In this document: piece by piece, positions 1-12,969 of the stretch
Layout: each line of letters opens with the position of its first letter
How positions within the stretch are numbered: the stretch's first letter is position 1
Source of the DNA: Octopus sinensis
Taxonomy: Eukaryota
Length of the DNA: 64,000 nt
Assembly: GCF_006345805.1 (NCBI RefSeq)
Contig: NC_042999.1
Coordinates: 21,638,001 to 21,702,000, forward strand
Direction of reading: 5' to 3'
The notes under the pieces: model-generated
The model's database searches: none
What the model was told of the DNA's origin: nothing
The model's input: only the letters and a program-made list of their open reading frames with translations
Program-made: the position numbers and the translations under genes

Positions 1-215
1 GAAAACAGAATCGTTAGCATGTCTGGCAAAATGCTTGGCGGTATTTCGTCTGCCGCTACGTTCTGAGTTCAAATTCCACCGAGGTCGACTTTGCCTTTCA
101 TCTTTTCGGGGTTGATTAAATAAGTACCAGTTACGCACTGGGATCTATATAATCGACTTAATCCGTTTGTCCTCTCTGTGTTTAGCCCCTTGAGGGTGGT
201 AGAGAAATGTGTATT
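1..215 (+). mobile_element. tRNA-derived SINE family A
   Basis: GAGTTCAAATTCC B-box-like motif; GTCGACTTTGCCTTTCATC body; further partial copies at 835-990, 33040-33180, 33835-33920, 58530-58640. Confidence 0.8.
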
Positions 216-1284
216 TCTCCCAGATTTTAGATTCTGAGGTCAAATCCTATAAAAAGCTTACCTTTTTATTCCTTCGGTGTCAATAAAACAGAGTGCCAAG
301 AAGTACCGGAGTCGATGTAATCGACTTAATTGTACACTAAAAATTACTGACCTTGGAACCTGCAACGGACCAGATTTCCGTCACTTATACGTCATGGAAA
401 CTGATTAAAGAGCCTTATGTGTTCTAAGATTCAAAGCAAATATTTTAAAAACTCTAAGACCCGCGGCCTTCACTATCTTGTCATTTTCAGGAATGGCGCG
501 TGAAATTCCATTATACAATTCGTATTTTTTTAAGACTACAATGTAAGATATAAAGAAAATTGGGTTTCAATTTCAACGAGGTAAAGTTATTACGCTGATG
601 CTGCCTGTTTCTTTTTGATGCGTTCACATTTGGTTGGTAGTGAGTATTCAGTAATTGGTTGATATTTTTCATAAATGCTCCCAATATGCTTCATGGAGAA
701 GTATTTTCTTGGTACTATGGCTCACAAGCAAGGTGTAAAAGCATTCATACCTGCTTCCGCAGCCAACTTTAATTGCTCTATTTTAAATTTCTACTCGATA
801 TCAACAATTTTCTGCAGGTAATATAGCAAGGCAGTTTCGTCTCTATTTACGGTCCTAGTTCAAATTCCGCGAAGGTCGATTTGCTTTTCATCATTTCGGG
901 GTCGATACCAGTTGCATACCAGTTGCATACGGGGTCGATCTAATCGGCTGGCCCCCTCCCCCAAAATTCAGGACTTGTGCTTAGTGTATAAAAGAATATA
1001 GCAACGTAGCGTTATTATTTCGTGTTGATTATTTCTTATAACTTGCATTTTACACCCTTTTTTTTTTAGAATAATTTCCCGTGTCATATTGGAGAGTGTC
1101 ATACCCTTAAGATATTTGCATATTTTAAATTGCATGTTTTCAACTTTGCTCCAGCCATTTCGTGTGGTATAATTGTGTTTGAGTAGAACAGGTTTTATTT
1201 GCCATCTAATATTTATTTGTAGTGAACATCGCAGCGAATGTCAATCATTTAAAGATATTTTGATATATATATATATATATAAAC

Positions 1285-1329
<45 letters not shown>

Positions 1330-1344
1330 ATATATCTATATACA

Positions 1345-1515
1345 TATATATCTTTATTTTTCTCCTTATTTCTTTATGTGTTCCTTTCTGTGGAAGAGCG
1401 TAGGCTCGAAACGTTAAAGATATTTTTTAACTTCCCGAGCGTTATACTAATACATCAGCTCGTTGTCTACACCTCCTGCCTTCGTCTTTTGTATTTTTCG
1501 TGAATTCTCCCTATA
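1345..1515 (+). mobile_element. Penelope-like pLTR fragment, family 2
   Basis: Shares sequence with 10948-11230 and 44200-44470 and carries a hammerhead-like motif; flanked by (TA)n. Confidence 0.5.
1384..1419 (+). ncRNA. Hammerhead-like variant (CUGUGGA core), pLTR family 2
   Basis: CUUU CUGUGGA A GAGC guag GCUC GAA ACGU U AAAG. Confidence 0.45.
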
Positions 1516-1989
1516 TATATATGTATATATATATATATATATACACAGTGGGAGAGAGAGAGAGAGAGAGAGAGAGTCAGAGAGATTGAGAGAGTCAGAG
1601 AGTCTGAAGAGTGAAAAAGAGAGAGGAGAGAAGGATGAGGAGGAGAGAAATATAGATAGATACCTATGTATGTATATAAATGTATACATACATATATATA
1701 TATATATAATATATATATATAATTATATATATATATATATATATATATAATAGAAATATTAAAATTACTAAGTCTCTCTAAAAGAGAACAGCGGCAGCGT
1801 TCCCGGAAAATAATAGTTATCGCCATACTAATATGGCATTCTTATAAAAATACGTATATATATTAATATTAATATATAAATGAGTAACAGCAGAGGTACA
1901 AATGTCAATGCATTACAGCCGTTCCTAACGCCTCCTTTAAGTGATTAATGAAAACATTACAATATTTTAAAGAAACAAGTTTTCATCAG

Positions 1990-2150
1990 ATGAATTCATG
2001 AACTTCAAAATAAAGCAGTTGTATATTTAAAAGATGAGGAATTATGTACTTTTTTACATTTAACACATATTTGTCCTCACTTTGTTGTTAACACAACTTT
2101 TCGGCAGATATACCCTCCAGCCTTCATCAGGTGTCTTGGGGAAATTTCGA
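1990..2150 (-). mobile_element. PLE pLTR family 1 fragment (other copies 22690-22845 +, 45678-45848 +, 63770-63875 -)
   Basis: Shared CATCGAAAAATA...GGAATGAGAACC...CAAGACACCTGATGAAGGC... sequence. Confidence 0.55.
2091..2134 (-). ncRNA. Hammerhead motif, family 1, stem III mutated
   Basis: ACAC CUGAUGA A GGCUG...CUGCC GAAAAGUU GUGU; ACGU has become AAGU. Confidence 0.55.
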
Positions 2151-2435
2151 TGTTTTGTTTTTATACAAACGTCATTATGTACTGTAACCTTTTAATTAAA
2201 TCACGACTTTGTGGGTGGATACTGATAACTTGCCGAACATTCCAGCTAACCGTGAAAACATCGATGCGGTACATTTTCCCTGAGTAATCTCGTATCTGAC
2301 ATATTTGACTTATTCATGAAATTTCGTAAGCAGTTTTTCATTTTGTTTCTTTGAACTGTAATTTGAACGTTATTTTTTCATGAGATCTGTATTTCACTGT
2401 ATGAATATACCCCGACGAGCATCATTACTCTCGTT

Positions 2436-2804
2436 TTTACTCTTTTACTTGTTTCAGTTATTGACTGCGGCCATGCTGGAGCACCGCCTTTAGTCGAGTA
2501 AATCGACCCCAGGACTTATTCTTTGTAAGCCTAGTACTTATTCTATCAGTAAACACACCAGCATCGGTTGTCAAGCGATGTTGGGAGGACAAACACAGAC
2601 ACACAAACACACACACAAATATACACATATATACATATATACGACAGGCTTCTTTCAGTTTCCGTCACTAAATCCACTCACAAGGCTTTAGTCGGCCCGA
2701 GGCTATAGTAGATGACACTTGCCCAAGGTGCCACGCAGTGGGACTGAACCCGGAACCATGTGGTTGGTAAGCAAGCTACTTACCACACAGCCACTCCTGC
2801 GCCT
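2436..2804 (-). mobile_element. tRNA-derived SINE family B (CORE-like ACCTTGGGCAAGT)
   Basis: GGCGCAGGAGTGGCTGTGTGGTAAG head, GGTTCAGTCCC B-box, internal (TA)/(TG)n, AAAGAGT tail. Confidence 0.85.
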
Positions 2805-3974
2805 ATTACCTGCAAATTTCTTTAAAATTATAATGCAGATATTTTTCAGTTTTAATTTTCTTTACCAGTAATTGTATTCAATACTTTGTTTTTATACCTG
2901 TATAGTAAAAAACATTTTTTAAGAGGTTTACGTGTACTGTAAACTTTTAATGAAAACGGGATATCTTAAATGCAGGCTGGCATTTTAGCTTTCTGATAGT
3001 ATTATGTATAAAAAAATATTCAAGATTTGTATGAATCAACATTCAGTGTATATGTATTAACTATAGGAAGAAGTATAAATAGATACTATTTAGACTTGTG
3101 GTCCTTACTCATGCTGTCTCGATTTACAAATACAAATATATAAATACCCCAAAATCCGTAACACTTTCAGTCCTGTGACTTTCGTATAAGAGATTCTCGG
3201 ATCTACATACATAACTTTGATTTATTTGGTAGTTTTGTCTCCTTTGCCTGTATCAACTGCATTTTTGCTTTGTATGTGATGGTCAGATATATTTGATTTA
3301 CGTTGAAGTTACAGGGAATTAGAGTATGTTATAGTGGTGACTGGTACTTATGTTCTATAGCCTTTTAGCCAGACTTTCAATTGGTTAATATATTTTGGGA
3401 AGGATTCCTCGCAACTTTGGGAAATGGTGGCTAAAATGTGGAAGAAAGATAATAATATTTTAGTAAAATTTTCGCGTGTACCATAATAGAAGTAAAAGTG
3501 TTATTTTCTGTTACTAACACTATACAATAACTTCTCCAAGATAATGTTTCAGTGATATTTTAAAATTTAGTGGATTTGGGGTGATCTTTAGAACCGAGAT
3601 GTCATCTACATCTATGGTGTAAGATCAAAGTAAATTATAACTAGCAGTTTGACCAATAATAATGACGCGTCAAAAACGAAGTGCAAAAATAAGAGAAAAA
3701 AAATATAGATATACCATTGACACGGGGAAACTAGAAGATGGAAAACGAAAGTAAAAAAGAAAAGCGGAAAGAAAAATTAAAGAAGAGCAATGTAACCTAA
3801 TGACATCGGCAGTTCGAGAATGTGAAAAACAACGAGAGCTCAAGAGACTGTACGTCTATAGAAAAATATTGAAGAGAAGAATACAGGAACCAAAATAGTC
3901 CATTAAATACATCCAACAACTGACATCTAACATATGCAGTCAAGTAGAATATCAATGTCGCGGTCGTAGGTGTG

Positions 3975-4046
3975 CAAGAATGGAATGCGACCATTATCAT
4001 GAAGGAAGAAGAAAGGGAAGAAGAGAAGGAGAAGGAGAAGAAGAAG

Positions 4047-4078
<32 letters not shown>

Positions 4079-4590
4079 GAAGAAGAAGAATGAGAAAGAA
4101 AAAAAAAGAAAAAGAAGAAAAAGAAGTAGAAAAAGAAGAAGAAAGAGAAGAAGAATGGAATGTGACCATTATCATGAAGGAAGAAGAAAGGGAAGAAGAG
4201 AAGGAGGAGAAGAAGAAGAAGAAGAAGAAGTTTAAGAAGAAGAAAATGAGAAGAAAAGAAAAGAAAAAAAGAAAAGAAAAAAAGAAGTAGAAAAAGAAGA
4301 AGAAAGAGAAGATAATGGAATGTGAACCATTATCATGAATGAAGAAGAAAGGAAGAAGATAAGGAGGAGAAGCAGAAGGAAGAAGAAAAGAAAAAGAAAA
4401 GAAAAGAAAAAGAAAAAGAAAAGAGAAGAAAAGAAAAAGAAGAAGAAAATAAAAGAGAAGAAAAGAAAAAAAAAGAAAAAGAAAACAAAAGAATAGAAAA
4501 GAAGAAAGAGAAGAAGTAGAAGAAGAATGGAATGTGACCATTATCATGAAAGAAGAAGAAGAAGAAGAAGAAGAAGAAGAAGAAGAAGGG
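3975..4590 (+). repeat. (GAA)n composite tandem repeat
   Basis: Four copies of GAATGGAATGTGACCATTATCATGAA embedded in GAA tracts. Confidence 0.85.
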
Positions 4591-4679
4591 TGGAAGTATA
4601 GTGTTCAAGTGTATTAAAAGTAGCTTAGATATTAAGACCATTAGACATCATTGATTTTACACTGCGATTGTTTTAGTTC

Positions 4680-5591
4680 ATGCCTCGGTTAAGTCGAGGG
4701 CTGGAGAGGCGGAACAGTGGAGCTGAACGTACAGGCAGAGACCGAGGTACTGGTGACCTGACGAAAGCATCAGATGGGAGACGTGATCATGAGAGTGTGG
4801 GTGGAGGCAGGGCTCCACGTTGTTACAAGTGTGGCCTGAGGGGTCACATAAGAGCCTTCTGCCCCCCCCAGGAAAGAAATGGATTTCGAACACACAGAGA
4901 GAGAAGCAGAAACCAGAGAGAGGGAGACAGTAGAAGAGGAAGAGAATACACAGAAATGGAAGGAAGCTGGAAGTAAGAGGAAGAGAAGAATACGTGGAAA
5001 AGAAAATAATATGGAACTCCAATCCCCCCAAAACCACCCACGCCCTCTGAGTCCCACCCTATCCATGCAGACATTGAACCCAACCTGCCCCCCCCCCCCC
5101 AAAATACAACAAAGAAAAAAAACAATATACACAGACAAGAGATTGAAATCGATATCAGGCCGCATTTGTACTATGACTGAACAGAAAGAAGTTAAAAGTC
5201 TAATGGAAGAGTATAAATGGTATGAAGTTGGTGAGACTAGGTATGCTGTGATTGAAAAGAAGAACATAGGTGAGTTTATGGTGAGGTGTGAAAGGGAGAA
5301 TTGGGAGGTGAAAGATATAAGAATGAGCGATGAATTCGTGGAAAATATGGATGAGTATTTCGGAGTAAGAATGGATATGGAATTTATTCGTATTGGCAAA
5401 GAACATTCAAGTGACTATGAAAAACAAAGGACAGGTAAGTGATGCTGACGGATGGGGCCGTTGGTATCGCTTTCATTTTATCATTTTTTCGTTTAACAAT
5501 TCATTTTCATAAATTTTAATTATAATGTTCTATGTCCCCATGTCTTTTGGTGTCCCCTTCTGTGTCGCCCCCTGGTGGGTAATAAAGAATC
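4680..5591 (+). mobile_element. TSD-flanked retro-insertion with gag-like CCHC zinc knuckle
   Basis: CYKCGLRGHIRAFC; 21-bp direct repeat ACACTGCGATTGTTTTAGTTC at 4659-4679 and 5592-5612; 3' end resembles the SINE family A tail. Confidence 0.7.
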
Positions 5592-5801
5592 ACACTGCGA
5601 TTGTTTTAGTTCCTAATCAAGTTACGAGGTAAAACTGTTTGGTAGGCAATCTAAAGGAACCGGGATTGAGTCCTTTGACAGTATATAGAGAAGAAAGATT
5701 AATTTGCTTTCCCCTACGAGCAAGTTTGAGATGTTGGACGTGACCACAAGTATATCACATATGCATATGAGATAAAGTATTTGCAGAGAAAGCCCCAAAT
5801 A

Positions 5802-5962
5802 AGCGCAGGAGTGGCTTTGCGCTAAGTAGCTTGCTTACCAACCACATGGTTCCGGGTTCAGTCCCACTGCGTGGCACCTTGGGCAAGCGTCTTCTACTAT
5901 ATCTTCGACCGACTAAATCCTTGTGAGCAGATTTGGTAGATGGAAACTGAAAGAAGCCCGTC

Positions 5963-6033
<71 letters not shown>

Positions 6034-6230
6034 TGTGTTTGTCCCCATAACATCGCTTAACAACCGATGCTGGTGTGTTTACGTCCCCGTAACTTAGCGG
6101 TTCGGCAAAAGTGACCATTAGAATATGTACTAGGCTTACAAACAAAAAGTCCCGGGGTCGAGTTGCTCGACTAAAGGCGGTGCTCCAGCATGGCCGCAGT
6201 CAAAGGACTGAAGCAAGTAAAAGAGCAAAA
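5802..6230 (+). mobile_element. SINE family B
   Basis: Full-length match to the family consensus seen in this window. Confidence 0.85.
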
Positions 6231-6623
6231 GTGTAAAAGAATTTTAGTTAATACCAGACATGATAGAGTGTAGGACGATGCGTTTTCTTTAAAAATTTTC
6301 AAAATTTTTCCAAGTGCACTTCGAATGATAACACCGGAATTCATGAAGATGTAGCATGCAATAGGTTCGATACTACTAAACATCTGACTGTGGCCATTGT
6401 TGATTTATAATTTTTCGAAACTAGCATTGATTGCATCTTCTACAGAGTTAAGGGTTACAAGGCCAATGATTTTATTAATTATTGGAATCTGTTATATCTG
6501 TAAACGACAGTAAATCTGTTGATATTAATAATTCCGTAAAACAGAATGTATTGTATTTCGTTTTGGGATTTAGTTTGCAAGATTCTTTATTTGAGTTCGT
6601 GTGTTGAAGCATATTCTGAGGTG

Positions 6624-6926
6624 TCTGGGGAGAGTCATTCTCTTTTAGTGCCTTATAATGTAACACACTCACCGGTAAAATTTCCACTTATTTTTTATTT
6701 TTATTTTCCTAAAATTTCGTTGTGTCTTGTAACCTTTTCAATAGTCTTGCTATGTATGTTATTTACACTGCGTTCCTTTAAATAACGGATAGAGTCAAGA
6801 CTATTGAAAAGGTTGCACGACGCAACGAAAATTTTAGGAAAATAAAAAGAAGAAATATCTGAAAATTTTACCGGTGAGTGTGTTTGTTACATTATAAGGC
6901 ACAAAAAGAAAATGACTATCACCAGA
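6624..6926. repeat. About 300-bp imperfect hairpin (fold-back/MITE-like)
   Basis: Arms 6624-6749 and 6796-6926 are reverse complements; pairing continues into the loop. Confidence 0.75.
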
Positions 6927-7504
6927 TATAACAGAGAATGTATTGCTTTCGCTATTTTAACTATACAATAGGCATTTTATTCTAAATGTACAAGGTGTAT
7001 AATTATAATTTCTTAATAGCTAACCAACAATATTTGCGTTACAATTCCAGCTGGTAACCTGCTTACTATATTAGATTTTTTCCGGTACTTCAATTTAAAT
7101 AATAGTAATTAGCTAACATATTAATACCTATTTCATGGTGATTAATGGATAGGCTTTGATTGTTTTACTTTATATACATTTCTCCGTCAATACTACAGTG
7201 AACTTTCGCGTCGTTCATTTCAGTTACGTAATTAGCCCATTCGTCTAACAATTAACAGAAAACTAAGATAAGAAATTACATGTTAATGATTTAAAGCTTA
7301 CGACAGTGCATAAGGCAGACGCGAATATTGATTTTCTGGATTGCCTCTATAACATGTTTCGCAATTATATGTCGATACATCTTCGTGTTTTGAAATACAT
7401 TACAGCTCACAGCAATTTTAAGTGATAAACTTAGTACGTTCCAGTAGCATATATCTCTATTTATCGTATATCTGATGTTATTAACAAAAGACTTTTGAAG
7501 CACT

Positions 7505-7855
7505 CCGTCGGTTACGACTATGAGGGTTCCAGTTGATCCGAATCAACGGAACAGCCTGCTCGTGAAATTAATGTGTAAGTGGCTGAGCACTCCACAGACA
7601 CGTGCACAGACAGCGTGACACAGAGATTGACAAGGCCGGCCCCTTGAAATACAGGTACAACAGAAACAGGAAGTAAGAGTGAGAGAAAGTTGTGGTGAAA
7701 GAGTACAGCAGGGATCACCACCATCCCCTGCCGGAGCCTCGTGGAGCTTTTAGGTGTTTTCGCTCAATAAACACTCACAACGCCCGGTCTGGGAATCGAA
7801 ACCGCGATCCTATGACCGCGAGTCCGCTGCCCTAACCACTAGGCCATTTCGCCTC
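7505..7855 (-). mobile_element. tRNA-derived SINE family C
   Basis: Head GGCGAAATGGCCTAGTGGTTAGGGCAGCGGAC...GGTTTCGATTCCC. Confidence 0.8.
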
Positions 7856-7947
7856 CAAATAACAAAAAGACTAAGAAGAATATAAATGTTAAGATGAAAT
7901 AAAATTGTTATTGCTTGAATTATTGGTTGACTGGAAATTTCGTGCCG

Positions 7948-8024
<77 letters not shown>

Positions 8025-8054
8025 TGTGTGTGGTGATGTGTGGATGTGTGTTAT

Positions 8055-8480
8055 AGGGGCAGGAATGACTGTTGGTAAGTAGCTTGCTTAACAACCACAT
8101 GGTTCCGGGTTCAGTCCCACTGCCTGGCACCTTGGGCAAGCGACTTCTACTATAGCTTCGAGTCGACCAAATCCTTGTGAGCAGATTTGGTAGATGGAAA
8201 CTGAAAGAAGCCCGTCGTATATATATATACATTTGTGTGTGTATGTGTGTGTGTGTGTGTGTGTTTGTGTTTCTGTGTTTGTGCCCACAACATCGCTTCA
8301 CAACCGATGCTGGTGTGTTTAAGTCCCCGTAACTTAGCGGTTCGGCAAAAGGGATCAACAGAATAAGTACTAGGCTTACAAAGAATAAGTCCTATGGTCG
8401 ATTTGCTCGATTAATGGCGGTGCTCCAGTATGTCCAGAGTCAAATGGCTGAAACAAAAGACTAAAAGAGAAAAAGAGAGA
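8055..8480 (+). mobile_element. SINE family B
   Basis: As above. Confidence 0.85.
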
Positions 8481-8873
8481 AGTACCTGACTTAGGAGTAC
8501 TGATATAGAATCGTTCCACTAAACTATTCCAGGCAGAGCCCCAGCATGGCAAAAGTCCAATGACTACAATACGTAGACGTTGAGAGAAAAAATAACAAAT
8601 GGCTCAATGGATATATTAATATTTGTATTAGTATATTTTCTATAACGCATAATATTTTGTCGATACCCTTTCCATATGTTTCAACTTCGCAAGTAATGGA
8701 AACGACAGAAGAAAAAAACACACACAGAAATTCAAAATGTATCGCTAGTTACATTTGCCTATTGTTCTCCACTGTTCGGCGCAAATCATCCAGAATATAT
8801 TTATTTTCATTACACATTTTCGAATTGAACTAAATTTCATAGAATGATTATATTTCAAATTCAATACTGCATA

Positions 8874-8907
<34 letters not shown>

Positions 8908-8922
8908 CATACATACATACGT

Positions 8923-8954
<32 letters not shown>

Positions 8955-8955
8955 T

Positions 8956-8990
<35 letters not shown>

Positions 8991-9085
8991 CGATATAGAT
9001 ATAAATATATATATAATATTAATATATATTATATAATATTATATATATACATATATATATATATATCGATATAGATATAAATATA

Positions 9086-9117
<32 letters not shown>

Positions 9118-9118
9118 T

Positions 9119-9150
<32 letters not shown>

Positions 9151-10513
9151 CAAATATTTCCAAAATGAATTATTTTGTGATTGCTTTCACATTGAGATTA
9201 ATTGTTCATTTATTATCCATTAAATTTCGTTTTTATCTTCTTGTTTTCATAAATGTTCTTGCAAGCAGTTATAAAACACACTGAGGTATAATGTTCAGCA
9301 TTATCCTAAATACCAATATTACAGATCAGAATGCTTCCACTCCTTAATATATTATGATGAATGAGATTCAGTGTGGCAAATGAAGCCAACTGTTATTAAA
9401 ATGTATACAATGCAACACCTGCTATTTTGCTTCTTGTTATTGAATGTAATGTACGTAGATGTGCCAGGTACCTGTATATGTTTCCGTTATCTGTTATGGA
9501 AATCGATACCACCAAATACCAGCAAAATACAATATGAAATCATTGCAGAGGAATTGAAGTTCTTCAGCGATATGACATATACGTTAATATCATCATACAA
9601 ATCTTTGACATTGCTAAACAATTGAACAATATGCATCAATGAGCTTTGAATGCAAATTTAATCAGATCTGTTGCCAATTTTACTCGATTCTCTCAGTTTC
9701 TGTAATATTTGTCTTTTAAAATACGCAACAAAACTCTTCTATATGATGTCGTTCATGTTATCACTAAACAAAAGAAGTTTTCTTTGCAATGAAATCTTTG
9801 AAATTATATTCCATTTGAAAAACTATTCAGCCGCGACTTACTATATATATATCTACTTGCAGCATTTTCGTTTCGTCTGCTGAAATTAAACATTTCTTAT
9901 TGCATAGCGGTATGTCTTTCATAAAATTCTTTTGTGGTATTTGTATAAATAATTTGTTTAACTAAGTCTATGAAACAAAAGTTCAAACTAATTGATAATC
10001 GGATATATAGTTTCATAAGAATAAACTTAGAATTAAAATATATAGGCATAGACTCTATACTATACAGTCTCACAAAATTGCAGATCGTTAGCAAGAATGG
10101 CTATTTAATGAAATACGGCCGAAGTTTACAAAAGAAGTAACGTACTATTTTTAGATTCGTAATTTACCATAAGCCCTCAATTGATACACTACAAATAAAA
10201 CATGAATAACTTGGGAATAACCTTCGTCATAACCCAACGCCAATTTATTTCTAAATTTATATGTACATTTATTTTGTCGTGTGGTTTAAATTATACTTTG
10301 GAATTTGTATTGATTGTCTGGATATGTTTCTTCTATAATTTCCCTTATTCTTCAACTTAGCTCGCAATGAGCACTTCTTATTACAGTCCATTTATTTTGA
10401 TGTATACTTAAAAACATATTTTATAAGAAAAAATAACTTTATGTATATATACACACACACAAAAACACAAATATATATATATATATATATATAGATAATA
10501 TATATATATATAT

Positions 10514-10909
10514 ACTCTTTTACTCTTTTACTTGTTTCAGTCATTTGACTGCGGCCATGCTGGAGCACCGCCTTTAATCGGGCAACTCGACCCCGGGACT
10601 TATTCTTTTTGTAAGCCCTGTACTTATTCTATCGGTCTCTTTTTGCCGAACCGCTAAGTGACGGGGACGTAAACACACCAGCATCGGTTGTCAAGCAATG
10701 CTAGGGGAACAAACACAGACACATAAACACACACACATACATATATATACATATATACGACAGGCTTCTTTCAGTTTCCGTCTACCAAATCCACTCACAA
10801 GGCATTGGTCGGCCCGGGGCTATAGCAGAAGACACTGGGACTGAACCCGGAACCCCGGAACCATGAGGTTGGTTAGCAAGCTACTTACCACACAGCCACT
10901 CCTGCGCCT
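10514..10909 (-). mobile_element. SINE family B
   Basis: As above. Confidence 0.85.
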
Positions 10910-10947
10910 ATATAGCCACTCCTGCGCATATATATATATATATATAT

Positions 10948-11510
10948 AGGGAGAGTTTACGAAAAAACAAAAGACGAAGACAGGTTGTGTACAAAACAAA
11001 AAAAAGATGTATTAGTATAACGCTCAGGAATAGAAAAAGTATTTTACGTTTCGTGCCTACGCTCTTCTACAGAAAGAGACACAGAAAAAACAAGGAGAGA
11101 AACAAGGAGAGAAAAAATGTGTGTAGTGGCTAATGACCTATCATGGCGTCTGATTCGGACAGAAGAGCCACACACGAGGAGGAAAGTTAGGGGAGATAAC
11201 AAAGTAAAGATGACCCAACACGAAGGTGCGTGTGTGTATAAGAGAGTATGTATGTGCGTGTGAAAGACTGGTGGTCTGGATATGTGCGTGTATGTATGTG
11301 TAGGTGTGAGAATGTGGGGATGAGTGTGTGGATGGTGTGTTGTGATGTGATGTGTAATGTTGTATGGTGTAGTGTGGTGTGGTGTATATATGTGTGTATG
11401 TATGTACGTATATATGTAAATATATGTATGTGTGTGTGTGTGCGTGTAGCAAGATCTCCAAAAAGCAAAACTATAGCAAAAACAACAGTGACACGGGAAA
11501 ATATCACAAA
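10948..11510 (-). mobile_element. Penelope-like pLTR fragment, family 2, with degenerate GT-rich tract
   Basis: Homologous to 1345-1515 and 44200-44700. Confidence 0.5.
11042..11076 (-). ncRNA. Hammerhead-like variant (CUGUAGA core), pLTR family 2
   Basis: CUUU CUGUAGA A GAGC guag GCAC GAA ACGU A AAA. Confidence 0.4.
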
Positions 11511-11767
11511 GTAATTGTACTCATTTTATTCGATTAAATATTACAAAACAAAACAAAAAAAGTTAATCATGGAATTTCAGACTTGGTACGTATTCAGAAC
11601 ATGGGTATAGTAACGAAAAATAAGAAATAAAGAAAAAAAACCTAATAAAAATATTAACAATCGATGTGAAAATGTCCACATGAACCTTGCTTACATAGAG
11701 GCCTTTGACTGACCGGAGGTAGGATGAAGGAAGCAAAATAATAAGTCGCTTTCTCTTTATTATTTAC

Positions 11768-11836
<69 letters not shown>

Positions 11837-11943
11837 GTGGTTCGCAGTGCTTGTTTCTGCTTCTTCGTTAACTTACGAGCGGCGCTGTGCGTTTGTATAC
11901 CAATTTACATATGAAATGCATTCCTAGAGCTGGTTCGTAAACA

Positions 11944-12416
11944 TTAATGATTTGTAGGTACGTGTTTCCATAATGAACAACCACACACCATCAAAATGTT
12001 AATGTTTACATACCAGCTCCAGGAATGCGTTTAATATGTACATTGGTATATCCAATACCTCAATATATCCCTGTATGAGCTAGCCATATAAGCAATGTGT
12101 TCAGAGGCGGAAATGGGTTAGACAGGCGGCACTGATGAAGGGGCATCAACCCCCGAAATATGACATATACTCTCATTACCCAATTTTGTATATCTCATTT
12201 TTCGTTTACATTGGACGTCTTGAAATGAAAGATTGTAGTAAACGTCAGTGCTGGCTATAATTTTCCATAGAATATCTATAGATATATCCTTAACAAAATA
12301 ATGTAAATGGCTCTGCTGACGCAGTAGAATGTGATATTGACTTATAAAAAAATTTAACATACTTTATAGGATGTTATGTTTGCATAACGAAGTACCACGT
12401 ACCTACAAATAATTAA
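11944..12416. mobile_element. Element with 21-bp inverted ends (MITE or PLE fold-back)
   Basis: TTAATGATTTGTAGGTACGTG / CACGTACCTACAAATAATTAA (20/21 match); degenerate CTGATGA-GGGG..CCCC-GAAA at 12132-12158. Confidence 0.45.
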
Positions 12417-12420
12417 GAGT

Positions 12421-12935
12421 ATGTATGTATTTATGTCTGTCTGTCTGTCTGTCTGTATGTATGTATGTATGTATGTATGTATGTATAAGCATTTATGTGT
12501 ATGTATGCGTTCATGTATTTATGTATATATGCATGCATGTATGCCATTATTCAGTTTTATTTCAAGATTTCTTGCTAATAAAGAAAGAACCGGTTTCTAA
12601 CCTAGATCCAAGACTGCATCATTGGAATTTTATTATTAGCAACGGTGTTTTTGTATTATGTATGTATGTATGTATATATGTATATATGTATGTGTGTGTA
12701 TGTATGTATGTATGTATGTATGTATGTATGTATGTATAAGCATTTATGTGTATGTATGCGTTCATGTATTTATATATATATATGCATGCATGTATGTATG
12801 TATGTATGTATGTATGTATGTATGTCATTATTCAGTTTTATTTCGAGATTTCTTGCTAATAAAAAAATGAACCGGTTTCTAACCTACATCCAAGACTCCT
12901 TCATTGGAATTTCAATATCAACATCTGTATTTTTG

Positions 12936-12969
<34 letters not shown>

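Noticed and set aside
3770-3980. LINE apurinic endonuclease start (INVAVVGVQE)
   Set aside because: A single short motif with stops around it; insufficient evidence.
3927-4641. Phe/Ser- and Lys/Glu-rich ORFs
   Set aside because: Frames of the (GAA)n composite repeat.
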